DNA of 64,000 nucleotides from Gaiellaceae bacterium (GTDB taxonomy: Bacteria; Actinomycetota; Thermoleophilia; Gaiellales; Gaiellaceae). The stretch covers positions 8,563-72,562 of the forward strand of contig JBBDQR010000157.1 of the NCBI GenBank assembly GCA_040905885.1. The letters run 5' to 3'. The translations under genes and the position numbers were made by a program. Below, one piece after another: positions 25,551 to 34,746 of this stretch. Below the pieces are notes generated by a model. The model saw only the letters and a program-made list of their open reading frames with translations, was not told the DNA's origin and did not search any database. Position 1 is the stretch's first letter. The number at the start of each line of letters is the position of its first letter.

Positions 25551-27320
25551 TTACGCGGCCGAGACCGGGCTCGTGCCGATCGACACGCAGTTCCGGCCGC
25601 GCCGCTTCGCATCGTAGAGCGCCCCGTCCGCGGACGCGATCAGCTCCTCGGCACTCGCGAGCGGCGGCTGGCCCGCCACGCCGAAGCTCGCCGTCACGTG
25701 CAGCGGCAGGCCCTCCGCGGTCAGGATCGTCCGCTCGGCCAGCGCCGTCCGCACGCGCTCGGCGAGACGCGCCGCGCCGGCCAGGTCGGTCCCGGGCAGG
25801 ATCAGGCAGAACTCCTCGCCGCCCCAGCGGGCCGCCAGGTCGATCTCGCGGACTGTCCCGGCGAGCACGGTGGCGAGCTCGCGCAGCACGAGGTCGCCGC
25901 TCGGGTGGCCGAAGCGGTCGTTCACCTGCTTGAAGTGGTCGAGGTCGGCGAAGACGAGCGAGAGCGGGGAGCCGAAGCGCACCGCGCGGGCGAGCTCGAC
26001 CGTCAGCGCCTGCTCGGCGGCGCGCCGGTTGGCGAGGCCGGTGAGCGCGTCGACGAGCGCCTGCTGCTCGAGGATGCGGTGCAGCCGCGCGTTCTCGAGC
26101 GCGATCACGGCGTGGCCGACGAGCAGGGACGCCGTCTCGATGTCGAGCACGGAGAACTCGGAGCCGTAGAGCACGAGCGAGCCGAAGCTCGTCCCGCCCG
26201 CCTGCAGCGGCAGCTCGACGCGCTTGGGGCCGGCATCCGGATCGCCCACCTGGACGACTCGGCCGTCGGGCCCGGTCACGTGGCCGCCGCTCGCGCGCGT
26301 GGACTCGACGGCCGTCTCGGCGATCGCACGCAGGAGCTGGTCGACGTCGTGGGTGGACGCGAGCGCCTCCCCGAACCGGATGGTCACGTCGCGGAGCCGG
26401 CGGCGCTCGGCTTCGAGGTCCTCGAGCCGCTCCTCCAGCTGCTCGGCCATCTCGTTGAAGGCCGAGCCGAGGCGGGCGAACTCGTCGCTGCCGCGCACGG
26501 TGACCCGCTCTGAGAGACGGCCCTCGGCGAGCCCGCGGGCCGCGGCGACGAGCCGCCGGAGCGTGGCCACGATCGACTGGCCGAGCACGTAGGCGACGCC
26601 GGCGATGAGGGCGAGCGAGGCCGCGAGCGCGGCGAGCAGGCGCAGCCAGCTGGTGCGGTTGGCCGACTCGATCCACTCCTGCGGGGAGAGCACGGCGAGG
26701 CGGAGGCCGGTGTCGGACGTGCTCGTCTTGGTGGCGAGCGCCCGGAAGCGGCTGCCGCCGATGCCGACGACCCGCGGGTGGTCGAGCGGCAGGTCGAGGC
26801 GGCCGCCGAGGCCGGGCGAGGCGGCGACGATCCTGCCGTCTTCGACGAGCGCGAGCCGCTGGCCGGGGCGCAGGCCGGCGCTGGCGCGCAGACGGTCGGC
26901 GAGCGTCTGGTCGAGGGGCAGCGACGCGATCACCCGGCCGAGCAGCCGCCCGTCGGTGGTGATGATCGACGCGCTCCGCTCCACCGCGGCGGGGTACTTG
27001 TCGCCGACCGTGAACTTGCCGTTGGCGTCGACGCGTACGCGCGACGAGGACTGGACGAGCGCCGCGAGCTCCGGCAGCTCGCCCCGCGCGAGCGCGTCGC
27101 GGACGCGCAGGTCGGCGGCGAAGCCGGCCGCGAGCTCCCGCGTGTAGGCGATCTCCTCCGCGTACGCGGCCGAGCCGGCACGCAGCGCCGCCTGGAGCTG
27201 GGCGTCCACGGTCCGCGCCTCGCTCCGCGCGAGCACCGCGCCGAAGCCCGCGAAGACTGCCGCCAGCGGCAGCAGCGTCAGCAGGAGGAAGTACGTGGCG
27301 AGCTTGACCTTGAAACTCAG
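25551..27320 (-). CDS. membrane sensor diguanylate cyclase (TM1 - periplasmic sensor - TM2 - HAMP - GAF - GGDEF), probable CTG start
   Basis: DEFARLGSAFNEMAEQLEE (HAMP). ALTGLANRR...ARWGGEEFCLILPG (GGDEF). The ORF-track GTG at 27236 would remove TM1 (SFKVKLATYFLLLTLLPLAAVFAGFGA). CTG 27318-27320 has GAGG 8 nt upstream. Confidence 0.75.
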   Translation of the reverse strand: MSFKVKLATYFLLLTLLPLAAVFAGFGAVLARSEARTVDAQLQAALRAGSAAYAEEIAYTRELAAGFAADLRVRDALARGELPELAALVQSSSRVRVDANGKFTVGDKYPAAVERSASIITTDGRLLGRVIASLPLDQTLADRLRASAGLRPGQRLALVEDGRIVAASPGLGGRLDLPLDHPRVVGIGGSRFRALATKTSTSDTGLRLAVLSPQEWIESANRTSWLRLLAALAASLALIAGVAYVLGQSIVATLRRLVAAARGLAEGRLSERVTVRGSDEFARLGSAFNEMAEQLEERLEDLEAERRRLRDVTIRFGEALASTHDVDQLLRAIAETAVESTRASGGHVTGPDGRVVQVGDPDAGPKRVELPLQAGGTSFGSLVLYGSEFSVLDIETASLLVGHAVIALENARLHRILEQQALVDALTGLANRRAAEQALTVELARAVRFGSPLSLVFADLDHFKQVNDRFGHPSGDLVLRELATVLAGTVREIDLAARWGGEEFCLILPGTDLAGAARLAERVRTALAERTILTAEGLPLHVTASFGVAGQPPLASAEELIASADGALYDAKRRGRNCVSIGTSPVSAA

Positions 27321-27392
27321 TGCCGCAACCTCGTCTCGGTAGGCGTGTGCATCCCTCGTTCGAGGGTTTCGCTTTTCATCGGCAAATCGGCC

Positions 27393-30239
27393 CTAGGAGT
27401 TGAGGGCCAGCGCTTCCCGCAGGATCCGGCCCTGCTCGACGAGATGCGCGGTGGGATAGCCCTCGCTCGGGCTCGCGCGCCAGGGGCGACCCACGTAGCG
27501 GACGGGGACCTCGCCGGCGATCTCCTCGAGCCGGTGGCGGATCGTCCGCCAGGCGCCCATGTTCTGCGGCTCCTCCTGGGCCCAGACGATCTCCTCGAGG
27601 CCCGGATAGCCTCCGACCAGAGCGCGCCCGGCCTCGACGGGGAACGGGTAGAGCTGCTCGATCCGTGCCACCCCCACCGCAGGCGCCTCCGCCTGCAGCT
27701 CGTGGCCGAGCAGGTCGTAGGCGAGCTTGCCGGAGCAGAGTACGAGGCGGCGGACGGCCGCCTTGTCGGTCCGCTCCTCGTCGTCCAGCACCGGCCGGAA
27801 GCCGCCGCCGGCGAGCTCGGCGAGGGTGGTGGACGCCTCCTTCAGCCTGAGCAGCCCCTTCGGCGTCATCACGATCAGCGGCCTGCCCTTCGGGTCGAGC
27901 GCCTGCCGCCGCAGCAGGTGGAAGTACTGCGCCGAGGTGGTGCAGTTGGCGACGCGGATGTTCTCCTGGGCGGCGAGCGAGAGGAAGCGCTCGAGCCGCG
28001 CGGAGGAATGCTCGGGGCCGTTGCCCTCGTAGCCGTGCGGGAGGAGCAGCGTCAGCCGGGACGTCTGCTTCCACTTCGAGAGGCCGGAGACCATGAACTG
28101 GTCGACGATCACCTGGGCGCCGTTGACGAAGTCGCCGAACTGCGCCTCCCAGAGGACGAGCGCCTCGCCCGCGGCGACCGAGTAGCCGTACTCGAACCCG
28201 AGCGCGGCGAGCTCGGAGAGCGGCGAGTTGTGCACCTCGAAGGCGGCCGACGCGCCGTCGAGCCACTGGATCGGCGCGTGGCGCTCGCCGCTCTCGGCGT
28301 CGTGGAGGACGAGGTGGCGGTGCGAGAACGTCCCCCGCTCGGTGTCCTGGCCGGTCAGTCGGACGGGGATGCCCTCGGTGACCAGGCTCGCCAGCGCGAG
28401 CGCCTCCGCCTGGCCCCAGTCGATGCCGCCCTCGTCGAGCGCCGTGCGCCGCCGCTCGAGCTGCTTGGCGAGCTTGGGGTGCACGGTGAAGCCTTCGGGC
28501 ACCGCCAGCAGCTGCTCGTTGAGGCTGCGCAGCTTCTCCTCGGCGAGGCGCGTGTCGACGCCCGAGTCCGCCCCGGAGGGCGTGCGCTCGCTGCGCGACT
28601 TGGCCGGCATGTCCTCGCCGAAGGTCGACCGGAGGCTCTCGTGTGCGGCGCGCAGCCGCTGCTGGACCTCGTCCACCAGGCCCTCCGCGTCCTCGGGCGT
28701 CACCTCCCCGGCCTCTGCGAGCAGGCGAGCGAACTGCTCCCGGACGGTCGGCTGCGCGGCGATTCGCGCGGCCATCAGCGGCTGCGTGTAGGCGGGCTCG
28801 TCCTGCTCGTTGTGGCCGTGCCGCCGGTAGCCGACGAGGTCGATGACGACATCGCGGCCGAAGCGGCGCCGGTAGGCCATCGCCAGGCGGACGGCGGCGA
28901 TCGCGGCCTCGGGATCGTCGGCGTTGACGTGCACGATCGGCACGTCGAAGCCCTTGGCGAGGTCGCTCGCGTAGCGGGTCGAGCGCCCCTCGGCGGGGTC
29001 GGTCGTGAAGCCGACCTGGTTGTTGGCGATCACGTGCAGCGTGCCCCCGGTCGTGTAGCCGGCGAGGGCGCTGAGGTTGAACGTCTCGGCGACGACCCCC
29101 TGCGCGGCGAAGGACGCGTCGCCGTGGATCAGCACCGGCAGCGCGACCGCGGGCTCGTGCAGCGCCTCCGAGGGGCTCCGGTCGGTCTGCTTCGCGCGCG
29201 TGAAGCCCTCGACGACCGGGTCGACGGCCTCCAGGTGGCTGGGGTTCGAGGAGAGCGTGACCGTGATCTCGCCGGCCCGGGTCTTCCGGGAGCCGCGGGC
29301 GCCGAGGTGGTACTTGACGTCGCCCGTGCCGCCCTCCGGGTCGGCGGAGACCGCCTCGATCGTCCGCTCACCCTCGAACTCGCGCAGGATCGACTCGTAC
29401 GGCCGGCCGACCGTGTGGGCGAGGACGTTCAGGCGGCCGCGGTGGGCCACCCCGAGCACGGTCTCGTGGGCGCCGGCCTCCGCCGCCAGCTCGATCGCCT
29501 CGTCGAGCATCGGCACCAGCACGTCGAGCCCCTCGATCGAGAACTGCTTCTGCCCGAGGAAGGTCTTGCGCAGGAACGTCTCCAGCCCCTCGACCTCGGA
29601 GAGCCGCGCGAGCAGCGTGCGCCGCTCGTCCGGCGGCAGCGGCTGCCGGTAGGCGGCCGACTCGATCGCCTGGCGCAGCCAGACGCGCTGCTCGTGGTCG
29701 GCGATGTGCTCGATCTCGTAGGCGATCGTTCCGCAGTACGTCTCCTCGAGCCGCGGGATCGCGTCGGCGAGCGTCTCGGCCTCGACGTTGAGCCTGAGGA
29801 TGGCCGCGGGAATCCTCTGCTGCAGCTCCGGCGTGAGCTTCGGGATGTACCGCATCGGGTCGAGCGCCGGGTCACCGGGCGGCTCGGAGCCGAGCGGGTC
29901 GTGCCTCGCGGCGAGGTGGCCGTGCGTCCGGTAGGCCTTGACGAGCGCCATCGCGGCGGCGACGCCGCCGACGAGCTCCCCATCGAGGGCGGCTTCAGGG
30001 GCGACCGGCGTGGGCGCGACCGGCGGCGCCGGCTCGGCGACGGCGGCCTGCCCGTTCCCCGCCCGCGCCGCCTCGAGCAGGCGCGCGAGCCCCGGATGGT
30101 CGGCGAAGAGCGGCGAATCCCCGCGCTCGAACAGCTCCCGCCACTCGGGCGGGACCGAGGCGGGATTCTCCAGGTACTCGTCGAGGAGCAGTTGCGCGTA
30201 GCCCGCGTTCAGCCCGTCGACGTCACGTCGCTCGGCCAT
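27393..30239 (-). CDS. sucA: 2-oxoglutarate dehydrogenase E1 component
   Basis: 948 aa; NAGYAQLLLDEYLENPASVPPEWRELF N-terminus and colinear E1o motifs (HRGRLNVLA, GDASFAAQGVV, HGHNEQDEP). Confidence 0.9.
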   Translation of the reverse strand: MAERRDVDGLNAGYAQLLLDEYLENPASVPPEWRELFERGDSPLFADHPGLARLLEAARAGNGQAAVAEPAPPVAPTPVAPEAALDGELVGGVAAAMALVKAYRTHGHLAARHDPLGSEPPGDPALDPMRYIPKLTPELQQRIPAAILRLNVEAETLADAIPRLEETYCGTIAYEIEHIADHEQRVWLRQAIESAAYRQPLPPDERRTLLARLSEVEGLETFLRKTFLGQKQFSIEGLDVLVPMLDEAIELAAEAGAHETVLGVAHRGRLNVLAHTVGRPYESILREFEGERTIEAVSADPEGGTGDVKYHLGARGSRKTRAGEITVTLSSNPSHLEAVDPVVEGFTRAKQTDRSPSEALHEPAVALPVLIHGDASFAAQGVVAETFNLSALAGYTTGGTLHVIANNQVGFTTDPAEGRSTRYASDLAKGFDVPIVHVNADDPEAAIAAVRLAMAYRRRFGRDVVIDLVGYRRHGHNEQDEPAYTQPLMAARIAAQPTVREQFARLLAEAGEVTPEDAEGLVDEVQQRLRAAHESLRSTFGEDMPAKSRSERTPSGADSGVDTRLAEEKLRSLNEQLLAVPEGFTVHPKLAKQLERRRTALDEGGIDWGQAEALALASLVTEGIPVRLTGQDTERGTFSHRHLVLHDAESGERHAPIQWLDGASAAFEVHNSPLSELAALGFEYGYSVAAGEALVLWEAQFGDFVNGAQVIVDQFMVSGLSKWKQTSRLTLLLPHGYEGNGPEHSSARLERFLSLAAQENIRVANCTTSAQYFHLLRRQALDPKGRPLIVMTPKGLLRLKEASTTLAELAGGGFRPVLDDEERTDKAAVRRLVLCSGKLAYDLLGHELQAEAPAVGVARIEQLYPFPVEAGRALVGGYPGLEEIVWAQEEPQNMGAWRTIRHRLEEIAGEVPVRYVGRPWRASPSEGYPTAHLVEQGRILREALALNS

Positions 30240-30263
30240 CGCCCTCCTGTTGTACCAGCCCGG

Positions 30264-30521
30264 CTACCAGAGAGCGGACTGCGTGGCCACGGCGATGGTC
30301 ATCCCCACGGCGAACGCGATCGCGCCGACGAACACCGCGAACGAGGCGAGGCGCTGGTGCCGGCCGCCGATCGTCACGGCAATGAGCGCGACGACGAGCG
30401 CGATCGGGACCGTCCGCACCGGCTTGTAGGCGAGCCCGATCAGGCTCACCGCCACCGACGCCGCCGCGAGGAAGCCCGCGACGGCCTCGGCGGGACGCTC
30501 TCGGCGCTCGGAGACGCTCAT
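30264..30521 (-). CDS. 85-aa two-to-three-TM membrane protein
   Basis: MSVSERRERPAEAVAGFLAAASVAVSLIGLAY... The ATG overlaps the upstream stop (ATGA 30518-30521). The longer ORF-track start was rejected. Confidence 0.55.
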   Translation of the reverse strand: MSVSERRERPAEAVAGFLAAASVAVSLIGLAYKPVRTVPIALVVALIAVTIGGRHQRLASFAVFVGAIAFAVGMTIAVATQSALW

Positions 30522-30781
30522 CGGACGGCGACTCCAGCCCGTCGCAACGTCACAGGAGCGGCTCGCCGTCGCCCGCCGCAGGGGCTCGGGCGGCGTGGCC
30601 CGCGCAGGCGGCCACACCAGGGGCACGGCTCCGGATCGGGGAGCCGCGCCGGGTTGAGGGCGGCTTCGGGAGGCCGGGGCTCCGCCCGCACGGCCCACCA
30701 CACGACGGCGCAGAGATACACGACCGGGATCTTGAGGATCACGAGCATGAAGACGACCTCGACGAGCATGTGGCTGTCCAC
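30518..30781 (-). CDS. small single-TM protein with Arg/Pro-rich tail
   Basis: MLVEVVFMLVILKIPVVYLCAVVWWAV... High GC3 in the first half. Start is GTG 30781 or ATG 30769. Confidence 0.4.
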   Translation of the reverse strand: MDSHMLVEVVFMLVILKIPVVYLCAVVWWAVRAEPRPPEAALNPARLPDPEPCPWCGRLRGPRRPSPCGGRRRAAPVTLRRAGVAVR

Positions 30782-30811
30782 GGAAGGGGCCTAGTGTAGT
30801 GGCCGGCGAGC

Positions 30812-31114
30812 TCAGCGCTCGAGCTTGCGCAGCATCCGGGCGAACGTGCCTCCGCCGAGGACGCGCTCCGCCCCGTTCCCAGCCCGCTCGCGCAGCTCCC
30901 GGTCGGAGGTGACGAGCCAGTAGGGGCCCTCGGGGGCGGCCGCCCAGCGGGCGATCCGGTCGTCCGCGCTCTCCGCGTCCTCGAAGACGACGAGGGCCCG
31001 GTGGCCCTCCTGCCGGGCCCAGCGCTCGACGAGCTCGACGAGCTCCTCGCGGTCGATGTTCGGCCAGAGGGAGCGCCGGACGTTCTCGGCGTCGACGAGG
31101 ACGGTGACGGTCAT
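30812..31114 (-). CDS. small NYN/YacP-like (PIN-fold) domain protein
   Basis: MTVTVLVDAENVRRSLWPN...YWLVTSDRELRERA. Real 3' part of chimeric ORF 30812..32443. Confidence 0.5.
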   Translation of the reverse strand: MTVTVLVDAENVRRSLWPNIDREELVELVERWARQEGHRALVVFEDAESADDRIARWAAAPEGPYWLVTSDRELRERAGNGAERVLGGGTFARMLRKLER

Positions 31115-31165
31115 GCCAAGTCTTCTAACACGGCTCCCGCCCGCGCTAGGCGTTAGGGTCTGCCC

Positions 31166-32389
31166 GTGAGGACGCTCTTTTCGGGAGGGCAGGTCTTCGA
31201 CGGCACCGGCGCGGCGCCCGCGGCGGCCGACGTGGCCGTGGAGGACGGGAGGATCGTCGAGGTCGGGACGGGGCTCGACGGGGACGAGCACGTCGACGTC
31301 TCCGGGCGGACGCTCCTGCCCGGGCTGATCGACGCGCACGTGCACGTGATGATCGCCCACATCGACCTCTGGCGGCTGGTGCAGACACCCTTCTCCTACC
31401 GCTTCTACCAGGCGATCCACAACCTCGAGGCGACGCTCCGGATCGGGATCACGACCGTCCGCGACGCGGGCGGCGCCGACCTGGGCGTGAAGCAGGCGCT
31501 CGAGGACGGGCTGATCGCCGGGCCGCGCGTGCAGCTCTCGATCTCCATGCTCAGCCAGACGGGCGGGCACGGCGACGGCTGGATGCCCTCCGGGAACCGC
31601 GTCCAGCTCTTCCCGAGCCACCCGGGCCTGCCGCGCGCGATCTGCGACGGAGTCGACGAGGTGCGCCGGGCGGTGCGCGAGATGGTGCAGGCGGGCGCCG
31701 AGGTCATCAAGTGCGCCACGACCGGCGGCGTCATGTCCCCGCGGGACAAGCCCGAGCACTCCGGCTTCTCCCCGGAGGAGCTCGACGCGCTCGTCGGAGA
31801 GGCGCGCGCCCACGGCCTCGAGGTGATGGCCCACGCGCAGGGCACGCCCGGGATCAAGAACGCGCTGCGAGCGGGCATCCGCTCGATCGAGCACGGGATC
31901 TACCTGGACGACGAGGCGATCGACCTGATGCTCGAGCGCGGCGCCTGGCTCGTGCCGACGCTGATGGCCGCGGTCGGCGTGGTCAAGGCGGCGGAGGCCG
32001 GCGTGGCGATTCCGGATGCGTCGCTGCGGAAGGCCCTCGAGGTGATCGAGGCGCACCGCGACTCCTTCCGGCGCGCCGTGCACGCCGGCGTGAAGGTCGC
32101 GATGGGCACGGACAGCGGGGTCACGCCCCACGGGGACAACCTCGAGGAGCTCCAGCTGATGGCGGACAACGGCATGACGCCGGAGCAGGTGCTCGTGGCG
32201 ACGACGTCGTCCGCGGCCGAGCTGATGGGGCTCGGCGACGAGCTCGGGACGATCGAGCCCGGCAAGCGCGCCGACCTGGTCGTTGTCGACGGCGACCCCT
32301 ACGAGTTCGCGACGCTCAAGGGCCGGATCGCCGCCGTCTACCAGGACGGCAGGCTCGTCAGCGAGGCGCTCGGCGAGCTGGTCGCGTGA
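31166..32389 (+). CDS. metal-dependent amidohydrolase family protein
   Basis: TLLPGLIDAHVHV (HxH), ...AHAQG..., IEHG..., GTDSG motifs. TAGGGT lies 6 nt upstream of the GTG. Confidence 0.8.
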   Translation: MRTLFSGGQVFDGTGAAPAAADVAVEDGRIVEVGTGLDGDEHVDVSGRTLLPGLIDAHVHVMIAHIDLWRLVQTPFSYRFYQAIHNLEATLRIGITTVRDAGGADLGVKQALEDGLIAGPRVQLSISMLSQTGGHGDGWMPSGNRVQLFPSHPGLPRAICDGVDEVRRAVREMVQAGAEVIKCATTGGVMSPRDKPEHSGFSPEELDALVGEARAHGLEVMAHAQGTPGIKNALRAGIRSIEHGIYLDDEAIDLMLERGAWLVPTLMAAVGVVKAAEAGVAIPDASLRKALEVIEAHRDSFRRAVHAGVKVAMGTDSGVTPHGDNLEELQLMADNGMTPEQVLVATTSSAAELMGLGDELGTIEPGKRADLVVVDGDPYEFATLKGRIAAVYQDGRLVSEALGELVA

Positions 32390-32879
32390 CGACCCAGGCG
32401 TAGGCCGCCGCCGCCAGCACGGCGAACGCTCCCGTTCGCACACGCAGCTCCCACGAGCGGTCGGCCCAGTCCCCGGCCGGCATCGCCGCGCCGTGCGCCT
32501 CGAAGAACGGGCCGACGGGCGGGGCCTCGGTGACCGCCAGCGCGAAGATCGCGACGACAGCGGTCAGAAAGAGGAGCGCCGGGAACGGACGGCGCGACAG
32601 CGCGGCCCAGAGCCCGACGGCGCCGACCGCGACGTTGACGGCGGCGAAGGGCACCCAGACGAGATCGCCCGCTCGCGCGACCGGCCGGACGAGCTCGCTC
32701 CCCGTCCAGCCCGCCGCGAGCAGGCAGACGACCAGGCAGGCCGCTCCCAGCTCGGGCAGCGCAAGCCGCACGAGCGCGACGGCGGCCCCGCTCGCCCACG
32801 CCGCGCGCTCCCGGCGTGTGGGGATCGCAGCGAGCTCAGCCCGCATCGCGCGGGCCCACTCGCGGAAGCCGGTCACCAC
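32358..32879 (-). CDS. membrane protein co-transcribed with PadR regulator
   Basis: The GTG(s) at 32876/32879 overlap the PadR stop (GTGA). Several hydrophobic helices. Convergent 32-nt overlap with the amidohydrolase 3' end. Confidence 0.55.
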   Translation of the reverse strand: MVTGFREWARAMRAELAAIPTRRERAAWASGAAVALVRLALPELGAACLVVCLLAAGWTGSELVRPVARAGDLVWVPFAAVNVAVGAVGLWAALSRRPFPALLFLTAVVAIFALAVTEAPPVGPFFEAHGAAMPAGDWADRSWELRVRTGAFAVLAAAAYAWVVTRPARRAPR

Positions 32880-33136
32880 GCCTCCCTCAGGCGACCGCCC
32901 TGCGCGAGCTCCGCCCGGGCGAAGCGAATCCCCTCGCCGGTCAAGCGGTAGACGTGGCGCCGCTCCCGCCAGCGTGCGTCCAGCAGCCCGCGCGCTTCGA
33001 GCCTTGTGAGGATCGGGTACAGCGTCCCGGACGCGAGTCCCGTCTCCCGCGAGAGGTCGTAGCCATGGCGCCAACGCGTGGGCTCGCCGAGCAAAGCGTC
33101 CAGGAGCCGGCGGGTCTGAGGAGAGCTACGCCGCAC
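32873..33136 (-). CDS. PadR-family transcriptional regulator
   Basis: RRLLDALLGEPTRWRHGYDLSRETGLASGTLYPILTRLEARGLLDARW. Confidence 0.8.
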   Translation of the reverse strand: MRRSSPQTRRLLDALLGEPTRWRHGYDLSRETGLASGTLYPILTRLEARGLLDARWRERRHVYRLTGEGIRFARAELAQGGRLREAW

Positions 33137-33143
33137 GAGGAGA

Positions 33144-33161
33144 AGTCTACATATATAGACT
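33144..33161. promoter_or_regulatory. AT-rich inverted repeat AGTCTA-N6-TAGACT overlapping a -10 element (TAGACT, 7 nt upstream of the PadR GTG); probable PadR operator/promoter
   Basis: gaAGTCTAcatataTAGACTacag read directly. It is the only AT-rich island in this neighbourhood. Confidence 0.5.
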
Positions 33162-33906
33162 ACAGCCGTCCAGCCGCCACGATCCGCTGCAGGAACTGCT
33201 GCGTCCGCGGCTCGGCAGGCGCGCTGAAGATCCGGTCGGGCGGGCCCTCCTCGAGGATCGCTCCGCCGTCGAGGAAGCAGACGCGGTCGGCCGTCTCGCG
33301 CGCGAAGCTCATCTCGTGGGTCGCGATCAGCATCGTCATCCCGCCCTGCGCGAGCTCGCGGATCAGCGCCAGCACCTCGCCGACGAGCTCCGGGTCGAGC
33401 GCGCTCGTGACCTCGTCGAGGAGGAGCAGCTCGGGCCGCATCGCCAGCGCCCGCACGATCGCCACGCGCTGCTGCTGGCCGCCGGAGAGCCGGTCCGGGT
33501 ACTCGTCGCGCTTGTCGGCGAGCCCGAAGCGTGCGAGCAGCTCGTCGGCGCGCTCCTCCGCCGCCTTGCGCGGCAGTCCGAGCGCCTGGGTGGGCCCGAG
33601 CGTCACGTTCCGCAGCACGCTCATGTGGGGGAAGAGGTTGAAGGCCTGGAAGACGATCCCGACGCGGCGGCGGAGGCGGTTGACGTCGACGCCGCGCGCG
33701 GTCAGCTCCTCGCCCTTCAGGAAGATGCGGCCCTCGTCGATCGGCTCGAGCAGGTTGACGCAGCGCAGGAGCGTGGACTTGCCCGAGCCGGAGGCGCCGA
33801 TCAGGCAGACGACCTCATGCTCGGCGAGAGCGAGGTCGATCCCGCGCAGCACTTCCTCGCGCCCGAAGGACTTCCGCAGGCCTTCGATTCGCAGCAGCTC
33901 GCTCAC
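33160..33906 (-). CDS. polar amino-acid ABC transporter ATP-binding protein
   Basis: GASGSGKST (Walker A), LSGGQQQRVAIVRAL (signature), LLLLDE (Walker B). Confidence 0.9.
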   Translation of the reverse strand: MSELLRIEGLRKSFGREEVLRGIDLALAEHEVVCLIGASGSGKSTLLRCVNLLEPIDEGRIFLKGEELTARGVDVNRLRRRVGIVFQAFNLFPHMSVLRNVTLGPTQALGLPRKAAEERADELLARFGLADKRDEYPDRLSGGQQQRVAIVRALAMRPELLLLDEVTSALDPELVGEVLALIRELAQGGMTMLIATHEMSFARETADRVCFLDGGAILEEGPPDRIFSAPAEPRTQQFLQRIVAAGRL

Positions 33907-34643
33907 GGCGACCGTCCGGCCAGTTGGCGCCTACGGTCACGCGCCACCAGCCAGTCCGTGAGCCGCGCCAACGGGATCGTCAGCAGGATGAAGAGGAGCG
34001 CCGTCGCCAGGTAGGGCGTGAAGTTGAAGGTCGCGGCGACCTTGATCTGGGACTGGCGGAACGCCTCCACCGGCCCGATCAGGGCCACGAGCGCCGTGTC
34101 CTTCTGGAGGCCGATGAAGTCGTTGAGCAGCGGCGGGACGACGCGCCGGACCGCCTGCGGCAGGACGACGTGGCGGAGGGCCTGGAACCGGGTCAGCCCG
34201 AGCGAGCGGGCGGCCGCCTCCTGGCTCGGGTGGACGGACTCGATCCCGGCCCGGTAGACCTCGGACACGTAGGCCGTGTAGACGAGGACGAGCGCGACCA
34301 CGGCCCAGACGAGCGGCGAGCGCGGGATGCCGGCGATCCCCAGCGCCGGGACGCCGAAGCCGAACAGGTAGATCACGAGGATCGTCGGCACGCCCCGGAA
34401 GAAGTCGGCGTAGACCACGCCGAGCGCGCGCAGCGGGAAGAAGACCGGCCCGGGCAGGCTGCGCATGACGGCGACCACGAGCGCCGTGACGAGGATGATG
34501 GCCTCGGCGATCAGGAAGATCCGCACGTTCAGCAGGAAGGCGCGAGCGAGGTCGGGAAAGGATCCCGTGAAGCGGTCGGGGTCGAAGAACGCCCGTTTGA
34601 CCTCGGGCCAGCCCGGCGAGCTTACGACGACGACGGCGATCAC
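33903..34643 (-). CDS. amino-acid ABC transporter permease (His/Glu/Gln/Arg/opine family)
   Basis: FFRGVPTILVIYLFGFGVP, EAARSLGLTRFQALRHVVLPQA (EAA loop). The stop overlaps the ATPase GTG (GTGA). Confidence 0.85.
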   Translation of the reverse strand: MIAVVVVSSPGWPEVKRAFFDPDRFTGSFPDLARAFLLNVRIFLIAEAIILVTALVVAVMRSLPGPVFFPLRALGVVYADFFRGVPTILVIYLFGFGVPALGIAGIPRSPLVWAVVALVLVYTAYVSEVYRAGIESVHPSQEAAARSLGLTRFQALRHVVLPQAVRRVVPPLLNDFIGLQKDTALVALIGPVEAFRQSQIKVAATFNFTPYLATALLFILLTIPLARLTDWLVARDRRRQLAGRSP

Positions 34644-34746
34644 CGTGACGAAGACGGCCGTGCTGGCGGCCGCGATCGCCAGGCTGCGCCCGCCGCCGTC
34701 GCCGAGGATCCGCGAGCGGCGGCTCGCGGCCCCCCTCGAGGGCGCG

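Noticed and set aside
26778-30794. The 1338-aa plus-strand ORF antisense to the GGDEF and sucA genes, and similarly 61021..63675 (-), antisense to the cyclase-STAND gene.
   Set aside because: They are antisense shadows of strongly supported genes, and their products are Arg/Gly/Asp/Leu-rich without motifs.
34644-34746. An in-frame hydrophobic extension (RSLAIAAASTAVFVTV...) upstream of the ABC permease GTG 34643, again without a canonical start.
   Set aside because: Unlike the two cases reported as findings, the core permease topology is complete without it, and the evidence is only hydrophobicity. CTG/ATC initiation cannot be excluded, but I cannot support it.
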